From Eledone cirrhosa (taxonomy: Eukaryota), in contig OZ024740.1 in the NCBI GenBank assembly GCA_964016885.1, forward strand, positions 262,756,001-262,820,000: a DNA stretch of 64,000 bases, in the 5' to 3' direction. A program made the position numbers and the translations under genes. The stretch's first letter is position 1, and the number at the start of each line of letters is the position of its first letter. Of this stretch, positions 25,852 to 37,796 are shown piece after piece. Below the pieces are notes generated by a model. The model had not been told where the DNA came from, did not search any database, and saw only the letters and a program-made list of their open reading frames with translations.

Positions 25852-26300
25852 TGGAATTTCGTATTTCGTATCTATAAAGAAATAAGGTATGTATATACAT
25901 AATCATTCAGAAAGCCGTAGCTATGCAAACACACCGGCAGCTATCGAGAATATGTATAGGTTGAGCCAACTTATACAGGTTCATATGCCAATGAGATTAA
26001 TCACCTCATTTACACAGACGAGTAAACTATATATTTTCGCCTGTTTTCAAGTCCAGCTGTCGCAAGAGCGGGATGGAACGTCCTGATGAGAACCTGATCA
26101 GTTAGAAATGCATCGACTATTGTCCCCCTTGCTTCTGCTGGTCACCGCCAGGTGGAGATAGCTGTCGGTATCTCTGCATAGATACGGCTTTCCGGCTTTC
26201 CGGCTTTCTAAATGTCTATTTATAAACATACCGTATTTCTTCAGAAATACGAAATTCCAATACATATCTGTATGCAGCTATGCTCGAAGCTAAATTCTAA
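25849..26300 (+). mobile_element. Fold-back PLE-type element with HHR at 26080-26117
   Basis: Imperfect inverted repeats at 25849-25945 and 26157-26262; GTC-CTGATGA-G AAC..GTT A-GAAA-TGCA-TC-GAC. Confidence 0.7.
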
Positions 26301-26342
26301 TTCTATTCTTTCTCTCTCTCTCTCTCTCTATCTCTATCTCTC

Positions 26343-26389
<47 letters not shown>

Positions 26390-26697
26390 TTATATATATT
26401 TATATATATATATATATGACGGGAGAGTGGTAAAGACCCCACTTCCGTCACAAATGACTATGGGATTTGTACCGAGAAAGGGCTCCCGATACACAAGTAT
26501 AGGTAAGATTTTTCTTGAAGATCAGTCGTTCCCCATTCATACCCGTCCCCCCTCTCTACGTAATACGTAACCCACCTGCGGAAATTGGAGCAACAGGCTT
26601 GTGTCTCGGAGGGAAACTTTCTAGATGTAAATCCATGGCCACTATTGACAGAAGGGGCCCTTTGTGTCTGTGTGCTTTTATATTTACTTTATTTGCC

Positions 26698-26734
<37 letters not shown>

Positions 26735-26741
<7 letters not shown>

Positions 26742-27991
26742 ATGAATTCTTTTACAATGGAATTAGCTCGAAGGAGGAAAATGCCCACTGAGCCGTGTAT
26801 AAACTAATATGTATGTGATGAAACACAGATACCAACACATCTGTATATATATTGCAAAAGAAAAATTTAGCCTGATTGAAGTATACTAATTATTATACTA
26901 CAGTTTGTCCATATCGATTTAAAATAATAAATCAACAAAGACGAACTGTATTGCCAAGAGGCTATGATGTTTAGACACATTTAAATTTCAAAATCAAACC
27001 TGTTCCGTAGATAAGTTTAAACTTTAAAATCCAAATATGTTTCGAGTTAAATATGTGTAGGAATATCATGTCCTGCTCTCCTCATTAAACATCCAGGGAC
27101 AAATTGATATGCTTCACTTCTAAATAATTTAAAAGACTGCGTGACGCACATGGTTTTACAGTATCTAGCTAGTCTCATAACCGTACTGCTAGAAATAACA
27201 GTCGTATATATGAGGCGGCTTTCAGCTCAGACTAGGCGCAGTTAAGTTAATAAGGTAATGAATTCTTTTACAATGGAATTAGCTCGAAGGAGGAAAATGC
27301 CCACTGAGCCGTGTATAAACTAATATGTATGTGATGAAACACAGATACCAACACATCTGTATATATATTGCAAAAGAAAAATTTAGCCAGATTGAAGTAT
27401 ACTAATTATTATACTACAGTTTGTCCATATCGATTTAAAATAATAAATCAACAAAGACGAACTGTATTGCCAAGAGGCTATGATGTTTAGACACATTTAA
27501 ATTTCAAAATCAAACCTGTTCCGTAGATAAGTTTAAACTTTAAAATTCAAATATGTTTCGAGTTAAATAAGTGTAGGAATATCATGTCCTGCTCTCCATG
27601 GTAAACATCCAGGGACAAATTGATATGCTTCACTTCTAAATAATTTAAAAGACTGCGTGACGCACATGGTTTTACAGTATCTAGCTAGTCTCATAACCGT
27701 ACTGCTAGAAATAACAGTCGTATATATGAGGCGGCTTTCAGCTCAGACTAGGAGCAGTTAAGTTAATAAGGTAATGAATTCTTTTACAATGGAATTAACT
27801 CGAAGGAGGAAAATGTCCACTGAGCCGTGTATAAACTAATATGTATGTGATGAAACACAGATACCAACACATCTGTATATATATTGCAAAAGAAAAATTT
27901 AGCCAGATTGAAGTATACTAATTTTTCTTTTGCAATATATATATACAGATGTGTTGGTATCTGTGTTTCATCACATACATATTAGTTTATA
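26735..27991 (-). repeat. 516-bp tandem repeat (~2.3 units) ending in an inverted segment; probable non-autonomous PLE array
   Basis: Units start at 26735, 27251 and 27767. 27920-27991 is an inverted copy of part of the unit. (TA)n on both sides. Confidence 0.8.
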
Positions 27992-28026
27992 TATATATAT
28001 ATATATATATGAATGTATATATATTC

Positions 28027-28418
28027 GCAATATACTGTATGCTTAATTAAAAGCATGTTGAAGACCTTGCGCTATTATTTTAAAGTGGTGAATATGTCAC
28101 TTACTTCTTTTTTCAACGGCAATCGCTCTGTATAATCAATTCCTGATTATTACTGGAATTCTATAAGAATCTAACATTTATAATTTTCAACAGACAAAGC
28201 GAGTGCTAAGCTCTGATGATTACCAACAGTATGAAACAGATCTGTCAGCTTATCTCCCTTTGTTTGTTGAAAAAAGAAGTAAGTGACGTAGTCACTACTT
28301 TAAAATAATAGCGCAAGTTCTTCAAAATGCTTTTAATTAAGCATACAGTATATTGCCAAATATACTATACATACATTCATGTATACATCGCTATTTAAGA
28401 GCACCAATCCTAATTTTA

Positions 28419-28420
<2 letters not shown>
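28027..28420 (+). mobile_element. Fold-back PLE-type element containing an HHR
   Basis: Inverted repeats at 28027-28117 and 28266-28356, a ~60-bp tail, and TA flanks. Confidence 0.75.
28207..28252 (+). ncRNA. Minimal type I hammerhead ribozyme motif
   Basis: TAAGCT-CTGATGA-T TAC caaca GTA T-GAAA-CAGATCTG-TC-AGCTTA: 6-bp stem I, palindromic stem III, GTC cleavage triplet ending at 28246. Confidence 0.8.
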
Positions 28421-28505
<85 letters not shown>

Positions 28506-29151
28506 TGTGTGTGTGTGTGTGCGTGCGTGTGTGCGCGTGTGTGTGCGTGTGTGTGTGTGTGTGTATGTGTGCGTGCGTGTGTGCGCGTGTCTGTGCGTGT
28601 GTGCGTGCGTGCGTGCGCGCGCGTATATAACTATATTTATATACGCATATGACTGTTTTTGTTAAGTATTTATTCCTGGAATATTTAAAATGTTCTAACG
28701 TTTGTGTATGTATGTTAGTGTATGTACTTTGATAAACTCTGTATTGTTTAATCCTTATTTCATATGAAGCCATATAACTAGTAGTTAAAATCGATAAAAT
28801 GCTGAACTTCAATTCATTGATTTTTAGTTGAATCTCAATATAATTATAAGAGGATCAAATTATTGAAATTCAAAATCGAGGTAAAGTCACTACTGCTGTT
28901 TCTGTTTAGCCACTGCTCTGTCCTGATTCAGCAGGACTATTATAGCATGCATTCAAGCCATAACAATTTCTCCTTTACTTCAGTCTGTGTGAAGAGAGCT
29001 ACCACTACTAATGTATGCTTTACTTCTTTTTTACCGATATTTCCAGTTGGTTGAATTACCATATATCACCCCATCTCGTCGTTTTCTCACATGCATAATG
29101 TGTAAATATCTCTATCGCTGTCTCACAAACTAAATTATTCTCATTATTATT

Positions 29152-29373
29152 GGTTAACCTTGGCGGGATTTGAACTCAGAATGGCAAGGGCCGTAACTCT
29201 ATGCATCGTATGCCATGCTTTGACGCATAGAGTTACGGCCCTTGCCATTCTGAGGTCAAATCCCGCCGAGGTTAACTTTGCCTTTCATCCTTACGGGGTC
29301 GATAAAATAAAGTAGCAGTAATACACTGGTATAATTTGCTGGCCTTGTGCCAAAAGTAGAAACAATTATTATT
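29152..29373 (+). mobile_element. Meta-like SINE with 5' inverted segment
   Basis: 29152-29204 is the reverse complement of 29225-29277, followed by the SINE core and ATT tail. Confidence 0.75.
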
Positions 29374-32300
29374 GTTCTGATCAGATGTCTTTTTGCTCGC
29401 TTTCATAAGTCTATTTATTTACCTGTCATAAATTATTTATTGTTAAATTTTTGTTGTCGTGTAAGGGACATAAGCCCTTGGACTTTGCCCCCTGTGAAGG
29501 GGAAAGTATAATATTTGGCCCCTTTGTCCCAAATATTTGAACTTTTTACATTTAAAAAAATTATCGAAAAAAAACATGGCTGAGCCACGCCCCCCAGCGA
29601 TATATCTGCTGTCGTGTGACAACGACGTAAAAGTTGAGAGGAGGATTACGACGAACACAGAAATTGATACAACAAACACCACCACAACCAACGTGGACAA
29701 AGACAGCAACGACAACAACACTAAGAACACTAATTTTGAAAAGAAATGACCACACCAACCACAACAGTAAGAGCGACAACCAAAATACAGACAACAGAAA
29801 AAATGACAACAAATGCAACAACAATATTAACACCACTAACATGAAAACAAATAGCGACAACACAATACAAATTGCACCGAGAACAACAACAGCGGCGGCA
29901 CCAAAGACACAACCAACTGCAACAGTGATAACAACAACACCAACAACACCATTGTGGCAGTAGCAACAGCAACGGCAACAATAACATGACCAGTAGCAGC
30001 AGTAGCATCGGTAACAATGATGCCACTGAAAAAGGGACCATCTCTTTTACAAAGGTAGCTCACAACGTAGAAACAGTCCTGGTCACAGAGGAAGAGATGG
30101 CAGTCACAAGACACATGGTAACCGGAACTGAATTTTCAGTGTCCTTGAAACCACCAACCGACTTCCTGGAGGAACAAGAGCGACACACAATGTCAAACCG
30201 CACGATTGCCACGAAATTGCGTCGTGTGGAAAGAGACGCGGAGGCCCAAATCCAGAAGGCCTTGGGAACTATGTGGGAAAGGAAAACCACATCACCCGAA
30301 GCAAGAAATATGCTACCTGGACGTCCTTTTTGCAACCACCCAGGAAGCAAAATCGCACTCACTGAGGACGCTACAAAGTGATGACATAACATTAGTCCCG
30401 TTTTACTGTAGGAAAAAAAGTTGCAAATGTCAGGGTAACCCAGGTTCCGCCCTACATACCCGTTCCTTGGCTGGTCGTGTCTGTTCTTGCTGGCATCGAT
30501 GATAGAACAACCATTCTGCAGGTACAGAAGTTGGGAGAGAGAAGACTGGTCCGGTTTGGAATGGAGATGCTAATCCAATCCGACCAGGACTGCATCAGTG
30601 CTTTTCCCGACCTAATAGACCTCTGGAATGGCTACCAACTTCCCATATCTGTGGAAGGAGGGCACCCAAAGTGCTTCAACTGCGGATCGAAGTCTCACCT
30701 CAGGGCCTTCTGCCCACAGATAATAACAAAGGTGAAGGTCCCCCTCCTTCCAATGCCGGAACCACTGCCATCAGAAACAGAGCAGTTTGCGAAAAAGTCG
30801 AGAGCTTCTACAGAGAGTAGGAGGACAACGGCCATGGCACCCACACCAAAGCCACGGTCAACAAAAAAAGCGCCAGCAACTGCAGCAACAGAAACAGTTG
30901 CGTTAGCTGCACCTCTGCCAAGAACGGCAGTCCAAGCTCCACTACCACCACCACCAACAACAAAGACAAATCTGAGGGTAGAACTCATACCACTCCCCGA
31001 CCTCGCACAGTCGGATATGGAGTAGGAGGCGGCTGAGAATTTGAAACCGGTTGTCAAAACAAAAAACAAAAAAAAAACAAACGCAAAAACACCACAGCTT
31101 CTTGCTCCGAAAGCGAAGGCAAAGAAAGAGGCTGCAAGGAGACTTGCAGCAACACCACCACCATCACCATCACCACCACAAGCATCACCACTAACAACAA
31201 CCACACCACCACCAGCATCACCAAAATCACCAACATCGTAAACACAACAAAGCAGACACATCCAGCAACAACAACACAACAGCCCCCCCCCCAAAAAAAA
31301 ACATTTACACAGCCATAAATATCACACACGAAGGATTAATGGAACATATAAAACAACACACAGACATTACAGACTTGAATTGCCACACCCCACCAACACC
31401 AAGAACATTACCAAAAAAATATTAACATTGTGGGAATTGAACTCGAAGATTACAAACAATCAAAAATTTCCCAACGCAGTTGGGGATTTCAGGGGACACT
31501 CACCAAAAGAATCTATACAGATATCATCTTGGAGACACCAAAGACCAGCCGAAGGGAAGGTTCTACTGTCCCTTCCCCCACACGATCAAGGCAAGTGATC
31601 CCTTCTCACTTACCCCGTTCCTCATCCATCACAGCCGTACACAGAATAGGCAGTGTAAATATACGTGGCCTGGGATTATTTTGAAAGCAGGGTCGCCTGC
31701 TCAACGCCCTCAGGTCACTAAATATAGATGTGTTGGCCATCAGCGAGACCAGAATCTCCGAAGCACGAGCCTTCGCACCAATCTTCGCATCGTCCGAGAT
31801 CGGTGGGAGGAGTTGCTACGCTTTTTCGGAGGGGCTTGTATCTCGCCATACGGGTCATCTTCCTAGACCCAGAAGGTAAGTCGGTGGTGCTCGACGTAAC
31901 CGGCAGCGAAGGCAATGCTTTCAGGCTAGTAGCCGTTTACGCCCCATCAGGGACAGGATGGCCAGATTTCTTCAGACGTCTAGATAACTTTCTTAGCACG
32001 TCCCGTTCTTTAGTGTTAATGGGCGAGTGGAACGGAATCTTAGATGCACGCAGACATTATGTGGGGAATAGTAGATAGAGGAGGAGGGTGTAAAAACCTC
32101 AACAACCTGCTCAGACGTTTTGAACTGTCTGACAGGTATAGACTGGATTATCCGAATGTGCCAATGTGGACATAGGCAAACCGCATCGTGGCATCCAGAT
32201 CGTATTTATTAGGGTATTCTGTAGGGAAACAGATAAGGCTAGGGTAGGTTGTCCACAATTTAAAGTAGTCGACTATACGAACCACAGATTTGTGAGCAAA

Positions 32301-34789
32301 CTTTGTGATAGACTCCATAAGCAAAGACCCGGCTACTGGAAGCTGAACGCGTCGTTCCCGGCGAGCAAAGCTTACAGAGACCGAATTAGCGAATTAATTA
32401 AGCGTGCGTTGACGGATGCGATCGTCAACAACAGGTGGTGGTTTTCCCTGAAAAGGGCTATTAGAGTAGAATCGATAAGGTTTAGCAAAGGTGTAGGCTG
32501 CGAAAAACCGATAACAGCAGGTGAAATATGGCAAGCGATGTCTGCACGAGGGGTAAATCGCCAGGTTTGGATGATCTTCCCTACGAGCTTTATGGGTATA
32601 TGCCAGACTTCTTCAGCGACCTCTTGGCAGATGTCTACTGCAACTCGCAGCAGAACGGGAGCATTCCCAGTTTTGTGAGCCTGGAGCGGTGGTGCTGCTG
32701 AGAAAAGATCCGTACAAGGGGGACGTTATAGACAATATCAGCCTTATAACTCTGCTAAACGCATAGTTCAAGATTTTGGCCAAGGTGTTAGCAAAAAGTT
32801 TGGCGGTCGTCGTCGGTGACCTGGTGGGAGAGTCGCAGACATGCGCCATTCCGGACATATCCATCCATGACAATCTCAATCTCATGCGATACATCATAGA
32901 GAGGGTGGTTAAGGAACCTGGCACGGGTGGCACTCTGATCAACTCGGATCAATCTAAAGCATTTGATATGGTCGATCATCGGTACCTGGCTGCGGTCGTC
33001 GAGACGGCCGGCTTCGGGCCCGTTTTAGGAGCTGGATCGCTACGTTGCACAGCGAAATCTGCTCGATTGCGAGGGCAAATGATCACCTGTCGCAGCTGTT
33101 CAGCATCATGCGCTCGGTCCGCCAGGCTTGTCACCTCTCGTCCCTCTTGTACGTATTGGCTGTCGAGCCGTTACTGCACAAATTGGAGATGATGAGGTGC
33201 ATACCACGCGAACTGAAATGCGGGAGATCCGTGTCAGTTTACGCTGACGACGTCACCGTGGTGGTGTTGAGCACCAGACACGTCCAGATGCTCGGCACCG
33301 CTCTCAAGGAATACGAAGCGGTGACAGGAGCAAAGATAAACCAGGTAAAGTCGGTATGCATCTCGGCATCTTGAGTAACACGTCCATGCCGTCCGACAGC
33401 GTCATGGGGCACTGGACGGAAGGAACGGTTAAATTGCTGGGTGTCTGGTTCGGTCCAGAAATGGGCCGAGAGGAGGCTATCTCTTAAAGGTCGAGCGGTG
33501 GTGGCGAATGCATACATCGCGTCCGTCATCTGCTACCACCTGACCGTCATACCTTGCCCCCCGTCCAACTCTGACCAAAATAGTGCGCCTTCTTTTCCGC
33601 TTTTTGGTGAAGGGACGTGCTCCACATCGTCAGACGATCCATCTGCAGTCAAAACCCTTTGCGTGGAGGACTGGACATGCCGTGGCTGATGATGCGCAAA
33701 CATGCGCCGATGCTGTGACATCTCTAGTGCTTCCTTGGCGGTGAACAGGTGTGGTCGTCGTTTGCCAGACGCGCTTTTCCCCAGTTCGTCTCCTTGACGG
33801 AGCTGCATTCCTGGATCAGGAAAAGACCGAGAGATAGCGCTTGGAAGGTGGAATGTCTCCAAGCTCTCACCGCTCTCTACCAGCTGGGCACTGATATCAG
33901 CGGAACATCTGCCTCGGCGTTCTAGAGAGGGCTAGTGGAGGGAAAGAGCGACGACATTCTTGGGGAGACCTTAGGCGTCGAAGACGATCAGCTGTTCGCT
34001 CTCTTCAAGAGAACATTCAGCCCCGGGTCTATGGACAACTTCCAGAAATCCCTGGCAGTGCTACCATGGAGCGTTGCCGGTTCGGGATAAGCTCTGCAGG
34101 CACGGAGGTGCTGTCAGCCGAGCCTGTCCGAGATGTGCGCAGGGCGACAAAACCGTCCTGCACGCACTCTTTCAGTGCCCGAGAATTGCTGACTTGTGGA
34201 ACTTTGTCGAACAGTTGCTGTTGCGTATAGGACCGATCCGGTTATCTACTGAGTCCAGTGTGCAGATAGTCCCGCCGTCCTCCTTTAAAGAGGAGGAAGG
34301 GCAGGAAGTTTTTATCTGACTGGTGGCCATGGTGAAATAGATTGTGTGGTGGACAAGGTTGAAAGGTTTGAAGACGGACACTTTCCTCTCCCTCCAATCC
34401 CTGATTAAATTTTTCAGGTTTCACTTGTAGAGGAACATCAAGGTGGAGAGGCAAGTGCTGTTTTCTGGTAAGTTTATTAAAAGGTGAGTGAAAGTGGCGT
34501 ATCTGGTCGGAGAGAACGGGCCCGTTCTGAGTATGCGCCTATAGATAGAGGAGTGGAAAAACTGAGAGAGAGCGTTTGCCCTGGTGGTCAGGGTGGCCGT
34601 GGTATTTTGTTTGGTTTTCGCCACGAGTGACCCTCGGAAGTTTCCCCCCTATTGGGGAACTTTTGTTGTTTGAATTTGTTTGATATTTCTATCTTTACAC
34701 GGTCAAAACCACTTTGTATCGTCCTGTACCGTTCTTTGCCGTCTGAAATGTTTTTCTTCACGTTAGCGCTTGTGGCCAATAAAGAAACC
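29374..34789 (+). mobile_element. Tx1-like (L1 clade) non-LTR retrotransposon, copy A, degraded
   Basis: ORF1 with CFNCGSKSHLRAFC knuckle; ORF2 remnants of APE (GSVNIRGL, VYAP, GEWN), RT (YADD) and CPRC..HALFQC; internal deletion near 32490; ends AATAAAGAAACC-ATTATT. Confidence 0.92.
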
Positions 34790-34797
34790 ATTATTAT

Positions 34798-34958
34798 GCC
34801 ATGCTTTCTAGCATAGTTACGTCCCTTTACAGTCTGAGTTCAAATCCCACCGAGGTTAACTTTGCCTTTCATCCTTACGGGGTCGATAAAATAAAGTACC
34901 AGTAATGTACTTGGTTATTGCTGGTCTTGTGCCTAAAGTAGAAACAATTATTATTATT
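34798..34958 (+). mobile_element. 5'-truncated Meta-like SINE with ATT tail
   Basis: B box, core and AGTAGAAACAATTATTATTATT end. Confidence 0.8.
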
Positions 34959-34965
34959 GTTATTG

Positions 34966-35517
34966 TTCTTTGAGTCTCAGTCATTGATGTTATTTAACTG
35001 GAATGTTTGTTGAAATGAATATCAAGCCGCTCCCTGCAGCCTCAGATATTCAGGACGTATCGGAGGGTTCTTGCTGTTCTCAGCAAGCATGCCTTTTAAA
35101 GTGTTCCAAAAAGCGGGGCTGGACTAACTTTCTTTAACCATCCTTGGAAACTCTTTGGGATAGTACCTAGTGCGCCTATGACAATCAGGATGACTATGAC
35201 TTCATGGCACTTCCAAATCCTTTTTACCTCCCACTTTAAGTTCTGGTATCGGTTAATTTTATCCCTCTCCCTTTCTTGTACTCTCGTGTCAAATGGGCAG
35301 GCTACATCTACAATCAGGCACGATCTTTTTTCCTTGTCCCAAACCACCAGGTCAGGTCTATTGGGTTCCAGTTTCTTGTCCGTCTGTATCCTAAAATCCA
35401 ATATCACCTTCACCTGATCGTTTTCTATCACCGACTCTGGCTTATGCTCTACATCTCAGAATGTGGTAAATTGTTTACTTTGCATAAGTGGCAGTGGATC
35501 ACCCTGCCCATCACATC
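34966..35517 (-). mobile_element. Dong/R4-like RLE element, 3' fragment
   Basis: DFRIQTD..PNRPDLVVWDK..LIVDVACPFD..IVIGALG; flanked by (TAA)n. Confidence 0.85.
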
Positions 35518-35518
35518 A

Positions 35519-35561
<43 letters not shown>

Positions 35562-35781
35562 GTTATTATTTTTGGCGACCTACGTAGTAAACCGTATCAT
35601 CGTGAGCTCCGCAAAGGTTTGTTATTTCCGTTTGTTAAAAATTGCCATTTATGGAAAACTTTTATTGTTAACCATATATAAGCGCACATACATTGTTTTC
35701 CGAAAAGGACACCCAAAAAGATTGGGGCCTTGTGCCCAAAATTTAAACTTTTATTATTTATCAAAAAATGTCTTTGAAAAA

Positions 35782-37762
35782 ATGGCTAATTCACCTCTGC
35801 ACCAAGCAGCTGAAAGCCTTCCTCACAAATTAACACCTCACACCGACACCACCATTGTAAATGTTACTACATTTGCCAACACAAAAAAAAATATAAGCAG
35901 TAGCAATATTTTAAATTTGTCTCGGGCAGACATTCATTTCCCGCCATTACCAATGACTGCAGGTGTTAAAGCCTCCACCACCACCACCACCGCGACAACC
36001 ACCACCCCCACCACCACCGCGACAACAGAAACAAAAGAAGAAAAAAATAAATTAACTCGTGATGACGAAATGAAATCAAGCAAAATGGACTCTTCCCCAC
36101 CAAAGACGACTGACGTCACCACCACCACAACTGAAACTAAAATTAATATTAACACAAATAACGATAGCAACAACAACAACAATGACATTATAAAACCGAC
36201 CCTCAGTTTCGCCAGAGTAGCAAAACAGTTCGAAGCATTTACGGTAACTCAGGAGGATTTAGAAAATGCCAAACAAATGGTAAAGAAAGATGGGTACAGG
36301 GTCAGCCTCCCCCCCCCCCCCACACACCTAATAAAATGGAGCATCGGCGCCTATGCACCGTGTCGTATAGAACAATAAATGTAAAATCGCGCCGAGTGGA
36401 ACCGGCATCCGAGTCCCAAATCCAAAAAGCTTTGGGACATGTGTGGGCAAGAAAAACTCACATCAGACGTGGGCAAAAGTATGGATCCGTGGATGTGTTC
36501 TTTGAAACACCAGAGGAGGCTAGAGAACACTCCATGGCTCCATTAAGAAGTGACGACTTCACACTCGTCCCAAGCTATTGTGGCAAGAGACTCGTAAAGA
36601 TCAAGGTGACCCACGTTCCACCGGCCTTCGAAATTCCCTGGCTAATAGCGGCCATCCTCGCCGGCATCGAAGCCAACACTAAAATAATAGCAATAGCAAA
36701 AGAAAAGCAGGAGAACTGGTCCGGATCTGGGATGGAGCTCCTGATCCAAGCGGACCAAAAAAGCATTGAGGAGATCCCAGAGGTAATAGACCTCACTGAC
36801 GGCAGCCACCTCACGGTAATTGTCGAGGGCAGAAGACCTAGGTGTGTCGTTTGTGGTGAAGGAACCCACCTAAGGGCTTTCAGCCCTCAGGCTAAAAGGT
36901 TGAGGCCACCTCTCCTACCCACCCCAGTGACACAACCATCAACACCACCAGTAGCAGAGATGGCAGCAACAACTGTAGCATCAACAACAGAAGCAACTAT
37001 AACAGCAACAACCCCAGCAACAGTAGCAAAACCAACACCACCACCACCACCACCCAACGCTTCAGAACTAGCACCAGCGCCTACACCATCCACCACGCCA
37101 CAACCAAAACTAACGGCTGTGGTGGATTTTCCACTCCCCGGCCTATCACAACTGGAGACAGATTGTGACAACGAGGAGTGGGAAACGATATCCGGAAAAA
37201 AAAAAGAAACCAAAAAAGAAAAAATTCTCTTCCTTCCCCTTCCAAAAACAAAATACAGAGGGAAACAAATAAATTAAGAAACAAAAAAGTTAGGACAGAT
37301 ATGCCACCATCCACACCAGCATCACCAATCCCATCAACCCAAACACCAACACCATCACCATCATTAACCCCAACACCACCATCACCTACACCACAAAAGT
37401 CACTAAAATGCGAAACAGAAACAAACCCACAACAAACGCAAACAAAACAAAACAACCAAAACGATACACACTACACAGCATTAAATTTGAACAACAAGCA
37501 ATTATTACACTACATCCAACACAACACCAGCATCACAGAAAAAGACTACACAACAACCCCAAAATTCACACCACTTCCACACATACAAATCACTCGCATC
37601 ACACAGAAAACGTACATGACACTAAAACAAAAATTCCCCAAAGACATCGGAGACTTCCGACAAGCACTCTCCAGGAGGATTTATAAGGACATCCTTCCTG
37701 AGGAGGCCACAAGCAGTGAAAAGGATGGAAAAACCGTCCTTCCCCTACGAGAAGTAAGGTAA
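35782..37762 (+). pseudogene. Tx1 ORF1 (gag-like; Thr/Asn/Pro-rich with a CCHC knuckle), frameshifted
   Basis: SFARVAK and RCVVCGEGTHLRAF motifs. Homologous across copies A, B, D and E. Frameshifts fall at homopolymers. Confidence 0.8.
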
Positions 37763-37796
37763 GTGGTCTTTCCCATCTTTTCCACTCCTTTTCAAC

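Noticed and set aside
26735-27991. CRISPR-like array
   Set aside because: The units are full 516-bp duplications without unique spacers, and the context is eukaryotic.
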